Both the position numbers and the translations under genes were made by a program. Positions 62,888 to 64,000 of a DNA stretch of 64,000 bases are shown in pieces. A model generated the notes under the pieces. That model saw only the letters and a program-made list of their open reading frames with translations. It made no database searches and was not told the DNA's origin. The DNA comes from an uncultured Alphaproteobacteria bacterium (GTDB taxonomy: Bacteria; Pseudomonadota; Alphaproteobacteria; CAAHEQ01; UBA3637). The number at the start of each line of letters is the position of its first letter. Within the stretch, counting starts at the first letter, position 1. The DNA lies in NCBI GenBank assembly GCA_947586835.1, contig CANPXT010000006.1, forward strand, positions 422-64,421, written 5' to 3'.

Positions 62888-64000
62888 TTATTTTTTACGC
62901 ATTGTCGGAAAAGCAATGATATCTCGAATGGATACGTTAGCCGTTAATATCATAATTAACCGGTCTAATCCTATGCCTAATCCGCCGGTTGGGGGCATTC
63001 CGTGCTCCAAAGCCGTAACAAAATCTTCATCCATCATATCGGCTTCATCATCACCGGCCTCCCGTTCTTTAACCTGTGCTTCAAAGCGTTCGCGTTGATC
63101 AATCGGATTCGTTAATTCACTGTATGCATTGCCCAATTCCCAACCGTTGATATAGGGCTCAAACCGCTCGACCAAACGCGGATTCGAGCGATGTTCTTTT
63201 GTTAACGGCGAAATTGATTTCGGATGATCAATCACATGAACGGGTTGAATAAGATGAGATTCGCATTTTTCTTCAAACACGGTAGCCATACAATGCCCCC
63301 AATCAGCATGCGCATCAACATCTACACCAACTTTTTTACAAAGTGCACGTGCTTCTTCATCTGTTTTGGCTGCCATAAAATCAACTCCGGCATATTCCAA
63401 AACCAACTCTGCCATTGTTTTACGCGGATACGGTCCTTTTAAATCAATTTGATGTCCGTCAATTTCGATAACGGTTGTATGGTTAACTGCCATAGCTGCT
63501 GATTCAACAATTTTTTCAAATAACGTCATCATATCGGTATAATCATTATATTGCCGATAAATTTCCATCATGGTGAATTCCGGATTATGACGCGTATCGA
63601 TTCCCTCATTTCTGAAATTACGTCCGATTTCAAACACCCCCGGCAAACCACCGACGATTAAACGCTTTAAGTAAAGCTCCGGAGCCACACGCAAAAATAA
63701 ATCCATATCCAACGCATTATGATGTGTGATAAACGGCTTAGCCGTTGCACCGCCTTTAATGGTATGTAACAGCGGTGTTTCAACCTCCAACAAACCTTCG
63801 CTTAACAAATACGAACGAACAGCCGTAATGATTTGCGAACGCTTAATTAACGTTTCGGTCGTATCAGGATTCATAATCATATCCAGATACCGTTGCCGAT
63901 ATTTTGTATCCGTATCCGTTAAACCGTGAAATTTTTCAGGCAACGGCAATAATGCTTTGGCCAGCATGGTAATTTTTTGAGAATTGACCGATAATTCGCC
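62888..64000 (-). CDS. lysS: Lysyl-tRNA synthetase, class II (C-terminal catalytic part; the N-terminus lies beyond the right edge)
   Basis: Class II motifs are present (FRNEG, GWELGNAYSEL, GMPPTGGLGIGLDRL). The frame stays open upstream of the track's internal Met (..GELSVNSQKITMLAK..). Confidence 0.93.
   Translation of the reverse strand, partial: GELSVNSQKITMLAKALLPLPEKFHGLTDTDTKYRQRYLDMIMNPDTTETLIKRSQIITAVRSYLLSEGLLEVETPLLHTIKGGATAKPFITHHNALDMDLFLRVAPELYLKRLIVGGLPGVFEIGRNFRNEGIDTRHNPEFTMMEIYRQYNDYTDMMTLFEKIVESAAMAVNHTTVIEIDGHQIDLKGPYPRKTMAELVLEYAGVDFMAAKTDEEARALCKKVGVDVDAHADWGHCMATVFEEKCESHLIQPVHVIDHPKSISPLTKEHRSNPRLVERFEPYINGWELGNAYSELTNPIDQRERFEAQVKEREAGDDEADMMDEDFVTALEHGMPPTGGLGIGLDRLIMILTANVSIRDIIAFPTMRKK

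Noticed and set aside
1-64000. CRISPR arrays, rRNA operons, IS elements/transposases, integrases, prophage genes, and toxin-antitoxin or restriction-modification modules.
   Set aside because: None was recognised in the ORF translations or as spaced direct repeats. The only tandem DNA repeats seen are the coding ANK units and the Thr/Pro linker.

Overview
This 64-kb window is low-GC chromosomal DNA (judged by eye, not computed). The gene order looks alphaproteobacterial: hfq-hflX, a short HprK-EIIA(Man)-NPr cluster, dksA-maf-RNase E/G-like-yacG, yfgM-like-bamB-der, PopZ-like/TolC, and rpsF-rpsR-rplI. The accessory genes encode ankyrin, Sel1, MORN, Pmp-like and Cys-rich EGF-like repeat proteins, which suggests a host-associated or intracellular lifestyle (inference).

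Most of the window is housekeeping: ppdK, glgB-glgX-malQ, pepN, der, prfA-prmC, gpmI, CoA-transferase, hflX/hfq, nfo, tolC, lysS and seven tRNAs. I saw no rRNA, CRISPR array, transposase, integrase, reverse transcriptase or site-specific recombinase.

The standout is a small family of surface-protein loci that share a ~150-bp upstream module. In this module two long inverted repeats (25/25 perfect in one copy) bracket ~100 bp of A/T-rich DNA. It occurs three times:
- upstream of a Pmp-repeat autotransporter-like gene at the left edge;
- upstream of two paralogous 'modular pilin' genes, each with a class-III prepilin-type signal, a variable linker and a Cys-containing lectin-like C-terminal domain.

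One pilin paralog sits exactly between two tRNA genes and is split into two ORFs at an A8 homopolymer; loss of a single A restores a reading frame collinear with the intact paralog. Both paralogs also share a ~250-bp 3' flank containing a GC-rich hairpin element. Together this looks like an undescribed, possibly doubly phase-variable (candidate inverton plus slipped-strand tract) adhesin system. No inverted orientation and no recombinase are visible here, so a paired-operator or MITE explanation remains open.

Secondary items:
- a candidate MurL/MurD2 (L-Glu ligase plus epimerase) pair;
- an orphan HydE-like radical-SAM gene paired with a BPL_N-like gene;
- an ankyrin effector-like gene with a frameshifted repeat-less paralog;
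- a 680-bp AT-rich convergent spacer.
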